From positions 15,485 through 79,484 of IMG/VR virus record IMGVR_UViG_3300032782_000005: DNA of 64,000 nt; one strand, given 5' to 3'. Positions 9,335 through 19,817 of the stretch are shown here, piece by piece (within the stretch, counting starts at the first letter, position 1; every line of letters begins with the position of its first letter). Below the pieces are notes generated by a model. It made no database searches. It was not told where the DNA came from and saw nothing but the letters and a program-made list of their open reading frames with translations. The position numbers were made by a program, and so were the translations under genes. The DNA is from a virus.

Positions 9335-11199
9335 GCGTGCTTTATCTGGCCTTTAACGGCCACCCCGACATGGGCCAGTTCCTCGGCGACACCATCGTCT
9401 CCGTCAAGGCGGCGTACCTGATGGCGCGGGCAACTCCCTGCTCGCGCTACCTGCTCGGCCTCTCCCCCAAATCCCCACTCAACTTCCTCTGGGACAAGTT
9501 CATCGAGACCTTCCACGTCGAGGTCGTCTACGACACGTTCCATCCGGGGAACATGGACCAACGGTTCGACAGTTGGAACAAGGCGTTCAACCGCCGCGAG
9601 ATCGACGGGCGGAAATTCGACCACTACCGCGAACTCTACCGGCGGATCGACGGAGGCCACAGGCAGGGCGTTCTCTGCGGCGGTGAGCGCGGATTGGGTC
9701 GAAAGAACGTCTTCGAGTACGTCTACTATGGCCAGGAGAACAAGCCAGAAGGGCCATGCGAAGGCGGCGCGGAGTTTGCCGACGACCTGATCGCGCATCC
9801 CGTCGTCCCACCAGAATACGACGTGCTGATCGCGCCCTATGCCAAATGCCAGGGCAACGGGACGTTCACGTTTGCGTTCTGGGACAGAGTGACTCGCTTG
9901 CTTGTGGAGAGCGGCGTCAAGGTCACGGTCAACCATCACGGAGAGTTCTGCGAGGACCTGAAAGCCGGCGGTCTCTACCGTCGCATCTACCCTCCGTTCA
10001 AGGACCTGCTCCCCGAAGTCTGTCGTCACCGCCTCGTGTCCTGTGGGAACACTGGCGTCGGCTGGGTCGCAGGCGCCTGCGGAATTCCGCTTCTGGCCAT
10101 GCAGCCGCCCGACTCGAACATGCAGGACTACCGTTACGAATGGTGCGGCGTGCAATCCCTGCGCGAGTTTGTGGAGGACCCCGATGCCGAGTACGTCGTC
10201 AAACGGATTCAGGAGGAACTGGAAACGAGGACGGTGCTCACCACGGGCTGCTTCGACATACTCCATGCAGGCCACATACGCCACCTTGAGGAATCGCGCT
10301 CATTCGGAAATCGTCTGGTCGTGGCGCTCAATTCCGACGCTTCCGTCCGCTCCCTCAAGGGCGCGGATCGCCCCATACACAATCAGGCCGAAAGGGAATT
10401 CGTCTTGAGGGCCATGCGCTGCGTCGATGACGTTCAGGTCTTCGACGGCGACAACGCCCTTCGTCTGATTCACAAACTTCGCCCCGCGGTCCTGACCAAC
10501 GGCTCCGACCACAAACTGGAAGAGATCGTCGGCAAGGACTTCGTGGAATCCTACGGTGGAAAGGTGGTCGTCACCGACGGCTCGCGCACACAGACTTCAA
10601 CCAGGATCATCCAGACCGTCATCAAGCAGGTGGACGTTCTGACGGCATGTCGGGAGGCCGCCAATCTGAGCCCGAACCCGTTCCCAAAGATGAAGCTCCT
10701 GGCCGATCAGTTCCTGTCGGTGAAGGACTTGCCAGCCGCCGCAGCGGACGTTGGAGCATACCGGGGGGCATGTTCCCTCGTCATGCGGCGGCTGGCGCCG
10801 GAGAAGGAGCTGCACCTGTTCGACACATGGTCGGGCAATCCCCACGAGGACCCGCTATGTCACCACAGAAAAGGGGAATGGGCCGCCGACCTCGCCGAGT
10901 GCAAGAAGGTCGTGGGTTCAGACGCACGAACCCATTACCACGTCGGCGTCTTCCCCGAATCGGTGAATGGCGAATCGTCGGCGAGGTTCTGCTTCGTCGT
11001 GATCGACGGCGACACTTACCAGACCACAAAGGACGCCATCGCCTTCTTCTGGCCCCGCCTAGTCGAGGGCGGGAAGCTGTTCATCGACGATTACGATTGG
11101 CAACCATGCGCTGGCGTCCGCAAGGCCGTGGACGAGGCGTTCACGGACGCACAGCGGACAGTGTTCGGCAGCGAGAAAACCTGCGTGGTGAAGAAATGA
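9331..11199 (+). CDS. Tri-domain fusion: GT9-like glycosyltransferase, HldE/RfaE-II nucleotidyltransferase, TylF/MycF O-methyltransferase
   Basis: FLGDTIV...GNTGVGW (GT9-like); TTGCFDILHAGH, ALNSDASV..LKG..RP (HxGH nucleotidyltransferase); DVGAYRG, FDTW, IDGDTY, DDY (TylF-type). Confidence 0.88.
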   Translation: MSVLYLAFNGHPDMGQFLGDTIVSVKAAYLMARATPCSRYLLGLSPKSPLNFLWDKFIETFHVEVVYDTFHPGNMDQRFDSWNKAFNRREIDGRKFDHYRELYRRIDGGHRQGVLCGGERGLGRKNVFEYVYYGQENKPEGPCEGGAEFADDLIAHPVVPPEYDVLIAPYAKCQGNGTFTFAFWDRVTRLLVESGVKVTVNHHGEFCEDLKAGGLYRRIYPPFKDLLPEVCRHRLVSCGNTGVGWVAGACGIPLLAMQPPDSNMQDYRYEWCGVQSLREFVEDPDAEYVVKRIQEELETRTVLTTGCFDILHAGHIRHLEESRSFGNRLVVALNSDASVRSLKGADRPIHNQAEREFVLRAMRCVDDVQVFDGDNALRLIHKLRPAVLTNGSDHKLEEIVGKDFVESYGGKVVVTDGSRTQTSTRIIQTVIKQVDVLTACREAANLSPNPFPKMKLLADQFLSVKDLPAAAADVGAYRGACSLVMRRLAPEKELHLFDTWSGNPHEDPLCHHRKGEWAADLAECKKVVGSDARTHYHVGVFPESVNGESSARFCFVVIDGDTYQTTKDAIAFFWPRLVEGGKLFIDDYDWQPCAGVRKAVDEAFTDAQRTVFGSEKTCVVKK

Positions 11200-11819
11200 G
11201 CGGCGAAGCCTACGACGAGTCGTACTTCCTTCGCGGCAAGGAAACAGGCAAGTCGTGCTACACGAACTACTCATGGATGCCGATGCTGACGATCCCCATG
11301 GCGCGGGTGATGGCCGCCCGGCTGGGGATCAAGCCCGAAGAGACGATCTGCGACTTCGGCGCGGCCAGGGGCTACGTCGTCAAGGCGTTCCGCGAACTCG
11401 GCTACACGGCGTTCGGCGTCGATGCCTCACAATGGGCCGTGGAAAATTGTCACCCCGACGTGAAGCCGTTCCTGACCTGCGACAAGCGGGTGAGCCGTTA
11501 CTACGACTGGATCATCGCCAAGGACGTTCTGGAGCATGTCGTCGAACTTGAGGCGACGGTCGAGAACTTGATGCAGAAGGCGCACGTCGGCCTCTTCGTC
11601 GTCGTGCCGCTGTCCGCGAAGGACGGAGAGCGCTACATAGCCGAAGAATATGAACTGGACATGACCCACGTTCACCGACTGACGCTGGCGACATGGGCGG
11701 CGATGTTCATTCGCCCCGGTTGGTCGGTCGAGGCGACCTACCGCGCCAAGGGCATCAAGGACAGTTGGGACCACCTGGGGCCGTGCAACGGATTCTTGGT
11801 TGTTAAGAGGAACGGCTGA
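11196..11819 (+). CDS. Class I SAM-dependent methyltransferase
   Basis: CDFGAARG, GVDAS and DVLEHV motifs. Confidence 0.85.
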   Translation: MSGEAYDESYFLRGKETGKSCYTNYSWMPMLTIPMARVMAARLGIKPEETICDFGAARGYVVKAFRELGYTAFGVDASQWAVENCHPDVKPFLTCDKRVSRYYDWIIAKDVLEHVVELEATVENLMQKAHVGLFVVVPLSAKDGERYIAEEYELDMTHVHRLTLATWAAMFIRPGWSVEATYRAKGIKDSWDHLGPCNGFLVVKRNG

Positions 11820-12646
11820 TGAAGACGCTTGGGGCGTGCTTGAACTTTTTTAATGAGGCAGACGCCCTCCCAGGCTGGCTCGAATCCGCTTCGCGCTGGG
11901 CCGACGACATTGCCGCCTACCAGGCCGGTCCGAACGGCGAGGAAAGCGACGATGGCTCCATTGAGATACTGGAAAAGTGGCGCATCCCCATCCACCGCGG
12001 CTCGATCAACGAGGGCTTCGGCATCGTCCGCACGGCGGCTGTCAGAGCCTGCAAGACGGACTACGTGATGCTGCTCGACGCCGACGAACGATTCCTCCAC
12101 TCGGGCCAGGTTCTGACCTGTTCGGGTGAGAACACATCGCTGGAAGTTGAGCAACAGGTCTTGCAGGAGTACGACACCGGCGAGCCGGGCCAATGTCCGG
12201 CCAACTGGGAGAACCTGTCTAAACTGGGCGCGAAACTGTCCGTCTCGTTCGGCGAAGTATACAACCAGGCGGCCTGGGTCAAGGACTTCATCCAGCACGG
12301 CGACCTCGACGCCGTGTGCATGATCCGCCGCCACTGGCACGACTTCACCTTCAAGCGCCCCACGCAGAACTGGCACACGCGGCCGGACTACCAGATTCGG
12401 CTGGTGCGCAACCGCGACGACGTTCACTGGGACGCCAACACGAAGATGCACGAGACGCTGGTTCCTGGCAACCGGAACATCTACCAGCCCAACCACACCC
12501 ACGGCCCCTTCTACGACCACTTCCACTGCTTCTTCAAGAGGCTGTCTCCCCTCAAGCGCCAGTTCGCCGTGCGCGTTTACCGTGCCATCCATTACGGTCA
12601 CGCGGTGCCGTCGTGGAAGGCGTTCAAGAAGGAGTACGGCGGGTGA
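11819..12646 (+). CDS. GT2-family glycosyltransferase
   Basis: FFNE, SDDGS, LLDADE, PDYQIRL and HE motifs. Confidence 0.85.
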   Translation: MKTLGACLNFFNEADALPGWLESASRWADDIAAYQAGPNGEESDDGSIEILEKWRIPIHRGSINEGFGIVRTAAVRACKTDYVMLLDADERFLHSGQVLTCSGENTSLEVEQQVLQEYDTGEPGQCPANWENLSKLGAKLSVSFGEVYNQAAWVKDFIQHGDLDAVCMIRRHWHDFTFKRPTQNWHTRPDYQIRLVRNRDDVHWDANTKMHETLVPGNRNIYQPNHTHGPFYDHFHCFFKRLSPLKRQFAVRVYRAIHYGHAVPSWKAFKKEYGG

Positions 12647-13308
12647 AGACTTTGCTGCTGACCGGCTACGACGACGCATTCGCGCCGCTGGGTAAACTGA
12701 CCGAGCCGCTGATGCTCGCCTATGCCAAGCGCCAAGGCTTCACTTTCGCGTGCATGAGGGAGGGTCTGGGCAACACGGAACACCCGTCGTGGTGGAAGAT
12801 GCGTCGCCTCCTGAGCGCCTTCGACCTTCCGCCGAAATCATCCTATTCGCCTTATCACGACGGTTCCGGCCTCTGTGACCACGTGATCTGGATGGACGCC
12901 GACATGGTGATAACCAACCCCCATTTCGTCCCGCCGGGCGAATCGGGCTATCACTGCTCGCGCGACTGGGGGCAGGACGCGACCGAGCCGTGGATGCTGA
13001 CCAACTGCTGCTTCGCCGCCTTCCCCGACAGCCTGCCCCTGATCCGGTGGGTGCTGGAACACAAGGACGATTATTCCTGCGAGTTTCACGAACAGAACCA
13101 TGTGCGCGAGGCGGCCAGGGGTCCGTTCAAGGGCGTGATTCACGTCCACCCCAGCCGCGTTTTCTCCGCCGTACCCGTCGAGATTCACCCCAGCGTGCGC
13201 GAGCCGTGGCGGCCGGGGGACTGGGCGGCGCACCTGACGATGGTTCCACTGGCCGAGCGTGTGCGTCTAGCCCGTGAGTTCATCAAACGCACAAAAGGGG
13301 CATGGTGA
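12643..13308 (+). CDS. GT34/GMA12-MNN10-like glycosyltransferase
   Basis: YAKRQG, PSWWK, WMDAD, EQ and GDWAAH motifs; GTG start overlaps the upstream stop. Confidence 0.75.
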   Translation: MKTLLLTGYDDAFAPLGKLTEPLMLAYAKRQGFTFACMREGLGNTEHPSWWKMRRLLSAFDLPPKSSYSPYHDGSGLCDHVIWMDADMVITNPHFVPPGESGYHCSRDWGQDATEPWMLTNCCFAAFPDSLPLIRWVLEHKDDYSCEFHEQNHVREAARGPFKGVIHVHPSRVFSAVPVEIHPSVREPWRPGDWAAHLTMVPLAERVRLAREFIKRTKGAW

Positions 13309-14801
13309 AGCCAGTCTGCCTCGTCATCCCGCCGTCCTGCTTCCTCCTGGACGAGCGCGTGTTTATGTCGCTCGGCGTCCTGCGCGTCGCCGCCGTCTTG
13401 GAACGCGCCGGCGTTCCCGTCGAGATTCTGGACTTGTCCGGGATTATGAATTACGAGGAAGCCGTCCGATTCCACGCCCGCCACTTTAGCGGGTGGACTT
13501 ACGGGATCACCGCCACGACCCCGCAGATGCCGGCCGTCGCGCGGATCGTCTCCGTGCTGCGGGAGCAGATCGGCCTGCGTCTGATCCTGGGCGGCCCGCA
13601 CGTCACGCTGGTCCACGCGGCCTTCAAGAAAGGCGCCGCCCGCGCCGGCGAAGCGCTGTCGCGGTTGAAAGAGATGTTTGACGTGCTGGTGGCCGGCGAT
13701 GGAGAGGGGGCTATCTTTGCCGCCGTCGCGGTCGAAGCGCCCCGCCTGATCGACGCCGACGACCCCAAGGGGCCGTACTTCCTGACCGACGCCCGCTACG
13801 AGAGCCTGCCCTGGGCCGCCCGGCATCTGGTGGACGTGAGGAGTTACCACTACTCCATCGACGGAGTTCCGGCCCTGTCGATGATCGCGCAGCTAGGCTG
13901 CCCGTTCGCCTGCGCCTTCTGCGGAGGGCGCGAGTCGCCCATGCTGCGCCGCATCCGCACGAGGTCCACCGAAAGCATCGTCGCCGAAATGGCGCATTTG
14001 CATGAGGCCTACGGCGTGCGTGGGCTCATGTTCTACGACGACGAGTTGAACGTGAACAGGCAGGTCGTTGAACTCATGGACGCCATCGCCGCGATGGGGA
14101 TTGACTGGCACTTGCGCGGCTTCGTCAAGGCGGAACTGTTCACCGACCGTCAGGCCGAGGCCATGTACCGCGCCGGCTTCCGCTGGCTCCTGGTCGGCTT
14201 TGAGTCGGGTTCGCCACGGGTTCTGGAAAACATCAACAAGAAGGCCACGCGCGAGGACAACACGCGCTGCCTGCGGACGGCGCGAAGGCACGGTCTGAAA
14301 GTCAAGGCGCTCATGTCGCTGGGTCACGCGGGGGAGAGTCTGCGTACGGTTCAGGACACGGAGGATTGGTTGCTGGAAGAAAGGCCGGACGACTTCGACG
14401 CCACGGTGATTACCACCTACCCCGGAACCCCGTACTACGATCGCGCCGTCGAGACGACGCCCGGAATATGGACATACACCGCCAGGTCGGGGGACCGCCT
14501 GCACGCCTGCGAGACGGACTTCCAGGGAGAGGCGGTCTACTACAAGGGGATTCCGGGGCAATACAAATCCTTCGTCTTCACCGATCATTTGTCGGCCGAC
14601 GAGATCGTGGCCCTGCGCGACTGCTTGGAGGCCGACGTGCGGCGTCAACTGGGCGTTCCGTTTAACGCGGGCGCCCCTGGCGTTCGCTATGAGGCGTCGA
14701 TGGGGATGCTGCCGGGACACATCCTGCGGCGGTCGATGACGGATCATGAGCAACAGCGGCTTCTCGATTGGGAGCCGATCCCTGACTTCTGCGGAGATTG
14801 A
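13302..14801 (+). CDS. B12-binding radical SAM protein (class B methyltransferase-like)
   Basis: N-terminal cobalamin domain (ILGGPH, GDGE); GCPFACAFC; GFESGS; YPGT. Confidence 0.9.
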   Translation: MVKPVCLVIPPSCFLLDERVFMSLGVLRVAAVLERAGVPVEILDLSGIMNYEEAVRFHARHFSGWTYGITATTPQMPAVARIVSVLREQIGLRLILGGPHVTLVHAAFKKGAARAGEALSRLKEMFDVLVAGDGEGAIFAAVAVEAPRLIDADDPKGPYFLTDARYESLPWAARHLVDVRSYHYSIDGVPALSMIAQLGCPFACAFCGGRESPMLRRIRTRSTESIVAEMAHLHEAYGVRGLMFYDDELNVNRQVVELMDAIAAMGIDWHLRGFVKAELFTDRQAEAMYRAGFRWLLVGFESGSPRVLENINKKATREDNTRCLRTARRHGLKVKALMSLGHAGESLRTVQDTEDWLLEERPDDFDATVITTYPGTPYYDRAVETTPGIWTYTARSGDRLHACETDFQGEAVYYKGIPGQYKSFVFTDHLSADEIVALRDCLEADVRRQLGVPFNAGAPGVRYEASMGMLPGHILRRSMTDHEQQRLLDWEPIPDFCGD

Positions 14802-15865
14802 ACGTGCCTAGGATCGTCGTCGCCATTACACACAGTTACACGTGGTTCTGGACGCAGGCGTGCTTGGCCGCGCTGAAGCGGACGCTGGCCGAGGGCGCGG
14901 CGGACGGCTTCGGCGTGGAGATCGTGGTCGTCGATAATTCGTGGGAGAATAGTCCGTCCATTTACGGCGTCACGAAGACGCGACTGGGCGAGGGCGTGCG
15001 GGTCGTCGAGAACAAGGTCTTGCACAGCCACTCGGTCGCCATCGACATTGCGTTCAAGTCATCCTGGCCGATGGACTACTTCGTCCCCATCGACAGCGAC
15101 TGCATCGTCATGCGCCCGAGTTGGCTCACGGAGTTCCTTTCTCGCCTGCGCCCAACGGACTACGGCATTGGCGCGCTTCACTCCGAACTCGGCGTCTGCT
15201 GTTCCTTCGCCTTGTACAACGCTCAGGCCGTCAAGCGGATGGCCGATGCGAGCGCCGCGAACCCCGACCGCCATTTCCGGTGGGGCGACGGCTTCGCGCT
15301 ATCCGAGCCGATCCCAGATGGTCACGAAGAAATCCTGAAAGGCCCGTTCTCCGACCGGCGCGGCTGGCCGCCCGGAACGGTTCTGAGGGAGAGGCCGGCG
15401 GGTTTGACGCGCGGTCCGGGCTGGTACGAGCCGGGTCAGATGTTCCACTTCTGGGCCTTGGAGGCAGGCTACACTTATTCGATCTGCCCGTCCCGGACGA
15501 TCCGCGACGACGCGCGGGGCATACCGCTGGGCACGTTCTACGGCGTCGATCCGGCGCTGCCGATGGGCTACAACGAGTGCCGCGACGCCTGCTGGGCCGT
15601 CCACTTCTGGGGCGGGACGCGCGCCCAGGATATGGTCAATTTGCAGGGCGGAAGTCTGACCGATCCGGCGATCATCAGCAACATCGGCTTCTGGCTGGAG
15701 AGGGAGGCCGGTTGGTGGATGAATCAGGTCCCCGCCGACGTTCGCGCCGAGACGCTGAACCTCATCAGGGAATACGGGTGGGTGCGCAAGGTGAGGCCGG
15801 ACGCCCGCCCTGATTCACTGACGCGAATGAAGGCGTGGTACAAGGCCGGAGGCGTCGATCTGTGA
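14798..15865 (+). CDS. GT-A fold glycosyltransferase-like protein
   Basis: VVVDNS and IDSDC motifs; TTG start. Confidence 0.65.
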   Translation: MNVPRIVVAITHSYTWFWTQACLAALKRTLAEGAADGFGVEIVVVDNSWENSPSIYGVTKTRLGEGVRVVENKVLHSHSVAIDIAFKSSWPMDYFVPIDSDCIVMRPSWLTEFLSRLRPTDYGIGALHSELGVCCSFALYNAQAVKRMADASAANPDRHFRWGDGFALSEPIPDGHEEILKGPFSDRRGWPPGTVLRERPAGLTRGPGWYEPGQMFHFWALEAGYTYSICPSRTIRDDARGIPLGTFYGVDPALPMGYNECRDACWAVHFWGGTRAQDMVNLQGGSLTDPAIISNIGFWLEREAGWWMNQVPADVRAETLNLIREYGWVRKVRPDARPDSLTRMKAWYKAGGVDL

Positions 15866-16965
15866 AGCCAATCCCTCTGTTCAAGGTCTTCATGCACCCG
15901 GACGCCTCGCCGGCCGTGGCGAAGGTGCTGGAGAGCGGCTACGTCGGCCAGGGTCCGCGCGTCGAGAAGTTTGAGAACGAATTGCGATGCCACTTCAATT
16001 ATCCGTGGATCAACACGCTCAACAGCGCCACGTCTGGGTTGCAGTTGGCCGTCCACATGCTCAAGGGAACGTACCCTGACACCGAAGTTCTGACGACGCC
16101 GCTGACCTGCACGGCGACCAGTTTCGCCATTCTTGCCGAAGGGCTGAAGATTCGCTGGGCGGACGTGGACCCTAACACGGGCAACATGGATTTGAACGAT
16201 GCGTGCCGCAAAATAAACGCCAACACGCTCGCCATTATGGTAGTGCATTGGGGTGGATATCCTTGCGACCTTGATCGCATTGAGGCGATTCGCAAAGGGT
16301 GCAAGATGATGTTCGTCATCGAGGACTGCGCCCATGCGTGGGGCGCGACCTATCGAGGCAAGCCCATCGGGGCGCACGGCAACACGGCCGTCTTTTCGTT
16401 CCAGGCCATCAAGCACCTGACGACCGGCGACGGCGGCTGCATGGTCTCGCCAAATGAGGCCCACTACCGTCGGGCCAAACTCCTCCGCTGGTACGGCCTC
16501 GACCGCGACAGCTCCGCCGACTTCCGCTGCGCCCAGAACGTGAAGGAATGGGGCTTCAAGTTCCACATGAACGACATCGCCGCGAGCATCGGGCTGGCAA
16601 ACTTTCCATACGTCGATGGGTTGGTGGGCGTCCACCGTTCCAATGGCCGCTTCTACAACAAGGCGCTGGCAAGCACGCCCGGCCTGACTCTGATGGAGAA
16701 CAAGCCGGACCGTGAATCCTCCTTCTGGGTCTACACCGTCCGCGTGGAGGACCGAGATGGCTTCGTCCGTAAGATGACGGAGAAGGGAATCGCCGTCAGC
16801 CAGGTCCACGCCCGCAACGACAAGCACGACTGCGTGAAGGAGTTCCGCTGTCACCTGCCGGGGATGGATATTCTGGAGCGGGAGATGATCTGCATCCCTT
16901 GCGGCTGGTGGGTGACGGCGGAGGACCGCGAGTACATCGTCGATTGCATCAGGGAGGGATGGTGA
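15862..16965 (+). CDS. DegT/DnrJ/EryC1/StrS PLP-dependent sugar aminotransferase
   Basis: NSATSGL, IEDCAHA and FSFQAIKHLTTGDGG motifs. Confidence 0.93.
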   Translation: MKPIPLFKVFMHPDASPAVAKVLESGYVGQGPRVEKFENELRCHFNYPWINTLNSATSGLQLAVHMLKGTYPDTEVLTTPLTCTATSFAILAEGLKIRWADVDPNTGNMDLNDACRKINANTLAIMVVHWGGYPCDLDRIEAIRKGCKMMFVIEDCAHAWGATYRGKPIGAHGNTAVFSFQAIKHLTTGDGGCMVSPNEAHYRRAKLLRWYGLDRDSSADFRCAQNVKEWGFKFHMNDIAASIGLANFPYVDGLVGVHRSNGRFYNKALASTPGLTLMENKPDRESSFWVYTVRVEDRDGFVRKMTEKGIAVSQVHARNDKHDCVKEFRCHLPGMDILEREMICIPCGWWVTAEDREYIVDCIREGW

Positions 16966-17546
16966 TGGAATACCTCTACCGACACCGGAACGGCATCCTG
17001 TTCCGCCGCGTCAATGCGGGCGACCTGTCGGACCTGACCGACCTCAAGAACGAGAGTTGGTTCGGCACGCACCGCATCTCCTTCGTCAGCGCGGACAGTC
17101 AGAGGCGATGGCTGGAGGCGCTGGACCGCGAGAACGTTCACGCCCCCGGCAATCTAGTCCTCGTGGCCTGTACGGACGAGCCGGCAGACGACATGCCCGC
17201 CCCGGCGCCGCGTCCGAACCACGCCGGCCTGAGCAACGTCGGGGTGTTCAAGATACTAGGCATCGACTGGCAATCCCGCCGCGCCTCTGTCGGCTGGGAC
17301 ATTTACCGCCCCTATCGAGGCGAGGGCCTGGGCAAGAATCTGGTCGAGGCGGGAATCGCTTTCTGCTTCAACGTCCTGAACCTTCACCGTCTTCAGGCCG
17401 ACGTGCTGGACACCAACCACGCCTCGCAGAAGTGCGCACTGGCCGCCGGCTTCATCAAGGAAGGCTTCCAGCCCAGGTGCATCCTGCGGGGCGGGAAGTG
17501 GATCGACAACGTGATCTATGGGATCGTGGCCCCGGAACCGGAGTGA
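16962..17546 (+). CDS. GNAT N-acetyltransferase (RimJ/PseH-like)
   Basis: YRGEGLGK, LNLHRL, N.AS and GF..EG motifs. Confidence 0.85.
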   Translation: MMEYLYRHRNGILFRRVNAGDLSDLTDLKNESWFGTHRISFVSADSQRRWLEALDRENVHAPGNLVLVACTDEPADDMPAPAPRPNHAGLSNVGVFKILGIDWQSRRASVGWDIYRPYRGEGLGKNLVEAGIAFCFNVLNLHRLQADVLDTNHASQKCALAAGFIKEGFQPRCILRGGKWIDNVIYGIVAPEPE

Positions 17547-17549
17547 GGC

Positions 17550-17834
17550 ATGACGGACGCTGAGCGCACGGCTGAATGGAAGCGGCAGGAATTGGCGAAG
17601 TTGGATTCCGTGGGCTGGCCCCCAAACGTGAAGGATGCTCTTGCCGATGCCTGCGTGGCACTTCGTAAGTATCGCAGTGATCTCGACCAGCCCTGTCATA
17701 CAAGTGCCTATGCCAGCGGTCATGCACTGGATGATGCAATGAGGCGCTTGCTTTCGTTGCGTTCGCCGAGCGATTACGGGTTGATGCAAGCGTTCCTTGA
17801 AATGATTCCCGAAGACGAAAGGGACGAACTGTGA
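17550..17834 (+). CDS. Hypothetical protein
   Basis: RBS plus ORF; lower GC. Confidence 0.5.
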   Translation: MTDAERTAEWKRQELAKLDSVGWPPNVKDALADACVALRKYRSDLDQPCHTSAYASGHALDDAMRRLLSLRSPSDYGLMQAFLEMIPEDERDEL

Positions 17835-18994
17835 AGACCGCGCTGCCGCTGAAGGACACGTTCACGTCCACGGGGCACAAATTTTTTGCCCATCAGGAAA
17901 CGATGCGCAACTTGCGGAACGGCAAGGGTCAGCCGGTCGTCACGCACTTGATGCCCACATCGGTCTGCGCTCACTCTTGCGCCTTCTGCTCCGTCCATCA
18001 TCGCCCGCACGAGGTTCTGCCGCTGGCCGACATGACGACCTATCTCGACATCCTGCTCCGCTACGGCCTGAAGGCGGTCATCATCAGTGGCGGCGGCAAC
18101 CCGATCTTATACAGGTGCCCCGACACGGGAGCCGACTTCAACCGGCTTGTCGATGAGGTCTATCGGCGGGGACTGGAGATCGGCGTCATCAGCGACGGAA
18201 TGCCATTGCGAGTTGACGAGCCGACGATGCGGCAGATGTGGAAGGCTGTGCATCCGGAGACAATCGACAAGTTGACTTGGCTGCGGATCAGCATGGCCGG
18301 CTTGGATCACCAGGAGAACTGCGTCCACGTCCCAGACGTGGACCCGTCACGGACGACGCTGGGCTTTTCCTACGTCCTGCATGACATCTATGACGAACCG
18401 GCGGATAAGGCTCACGGCAAAGTATCCACGCCAGCCGACCTCATCACCGTCGGTTACGAACGACTGCATAACGACAACATTAAGCCAGTTCGGTTCGCCG
18501 AGGACCGCGTTCCGGTGCTGACCAGCCAGATCGACGAGATCGTGCGGAAGTACAAACCGACCTATGTTCGATTGCTCCCGAACTGCTTGCAACCGGAGCT
18601 GATCCAGCAGCGGTGCGATCTGCTCCAACGGATGGCCGACGCCATCGACCCGGACGTGGTGTTCGTGCAGTACAAGCCGCCGGCCGCGCCGAATGTATGC
18701 CTGCTCGGCAGCATTCATCCAGTCCTCAATACAGATGGTTTTTGTTATCCTTGCGACAGCTGTGTATTAAACGACTCAGCAGGTCACAAATTCGCCAACC
18801 CATGGAGGATGTGTCACTGGAGCGAGATCGCCAGCATCTACGAAAGACCGCTCCGCAGCCTGATAGATAACCCACATGAGAGATGTCCAGGGTGCGTATT
18901 TACCCAAAGCAACCTCTTGCTGGAAAAGGTGTGGAAGGGCGAGGTCGAGCCGACGCCTCCGGTCGAGACGCCGGAGCACGTCAACTTCGTCTAA
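17831..18994 (+). CDS. Radical SAM protein with SPASM/twitch domain
   Basis: CAHSCAFC and SGGGNP; C-terminal C...DG..YPC...CPGC. Confidence 0.85.
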   Translation: MKTALPLKDTFTSTGHKFFAHQETMRNLRNGKGQPVVTHLMPTSVCAHSCAFCSVHHRPHEVLPLADMTTYLDILLRYGLKAVIISGGGNPILYRCPDTGADFNRLVDEVYRRGLEIGVISDGMPLRVDEPTMRQMWKAVHPETIDKLTWLRISMAGLDHQENCVHVPDVDPSRTTLGFSYVLHDIYDEPADKAHGKVSTPADLITVGYERLHNDNIKPVRFAEDRVPVLTSQIDEIVRKYKPTYVRLLPNCLQPELIQQRCDLLQRMADAIDPDVVFVQYKPPAAPNVCLLGSIHPVLNTDGFCYPCDSCVLNDSAGHKFANPWRMCHWSEIASIYERPLRSLIDNPHERCPGCVFTQSNLLLEKVWKGEVEPTPPVETPEHVNFV

Positions 18995-19022
18995 AGAAGT
19001 ATAATAGCTATCGTTAAATTTC

Positions 19023-19044
19023 CTACTGGTAAAATTACCAGTAG
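19023..19044. repeat. 22-bp palindrome, copy 2
   Basis: CTACTGGTAAAATTACCAGTAG; its left flank (18991-19022) aligns with the flank of copy 4. Confidence 0.95.
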
Positions 19045-19139
19045 CCGAGGCCAGTCATGGAAGCCGCCTATAGAATAATGAAGCCGGAGCGCGCGACCGC
19101 CCCGGCTTCCAGACACAGCGAACCATGTGGGGGTCCGCC

Positions 19140-19817
19140 ATGCCGAAGAAAAGCCTATCCGTTCGCACCGATCTTGTCCACCGGCCTCCCCCTCCAGATG
19201 AAAACATCTCTGGCAAGGAATTCGGTCAGTGGAAAGTTCTTGAGTATGCCGGATCGAAACAGGGTCGGTGGTATCGCTGCCGCTGCTCATGCGGTTACAT
19301 TGCCGTCGTTCATGGTGGAGAGTTAAAAGGAGGCCGTTCTTTGAGTTGCGGGCATGATGGATCGACTTACAGGCATGGCCATGGAAGTCGCGCGCATGAG
19401 AAAAGGCCAGCAGAATACAATGTGTGGGTTCTGATGCGTGACCGCTGCAATAACACAAACTCAAGGCACTACAAGAACTATGGTGGCCGTGGAATCAAAG
19501 TGTGTGAGCGATGGGACGACTTCGCTGCCTTCCTCGCCGACATGGGGCCGCGCCCATCGCCGCAACACACCATCGACAGAATCAACAACGACGGCAACTA
19601 CGAGCCAAGTAACTGCCGATGGGCGACGAGGGCTGAGCAGGCGAGGAACAAGAGAACGAACATCCAAATCTCGCACAATGGCACGGTCTTGTGTCTTGCG
19701 GAGTGGTGCAAGAAATTGAATCTTCCTTATCTGCGGTCTTATCGTCGCCTCCGTAATGGCGAGAGCGTGACTGCAGTATTTGCTGAGAAAGGAGGTCAAC
19801 CAAGCCATGACGACTGA
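19140..19817 (+). CDS. HNH homing endonuclease
   Basis: M.DRC, NYGGRGIKVCERW, TIDRINNDGNYEPSNCRWAT. Confidence 0.9.
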   Translation: MPKKSLSVRTDLVHRPPPPDENISGKEFGQWKVLEYAGSKQGRWYRCRCSCGYIAVVHGGELKGGRSLSCGHDGSTYRHGHGSRAHEKRPAEYNVWVLMRDRCNNTNSRHYKNYGGRGIKVCERWDDFAAFLADMGPRPSPQHTIDRINNDGNYEPSNCRWATRAEQARNKRTNIQISHNGTVLCLAEWCKKLNLPYLRSYRRLRNGESVTAVFAEKGGQPSHDD

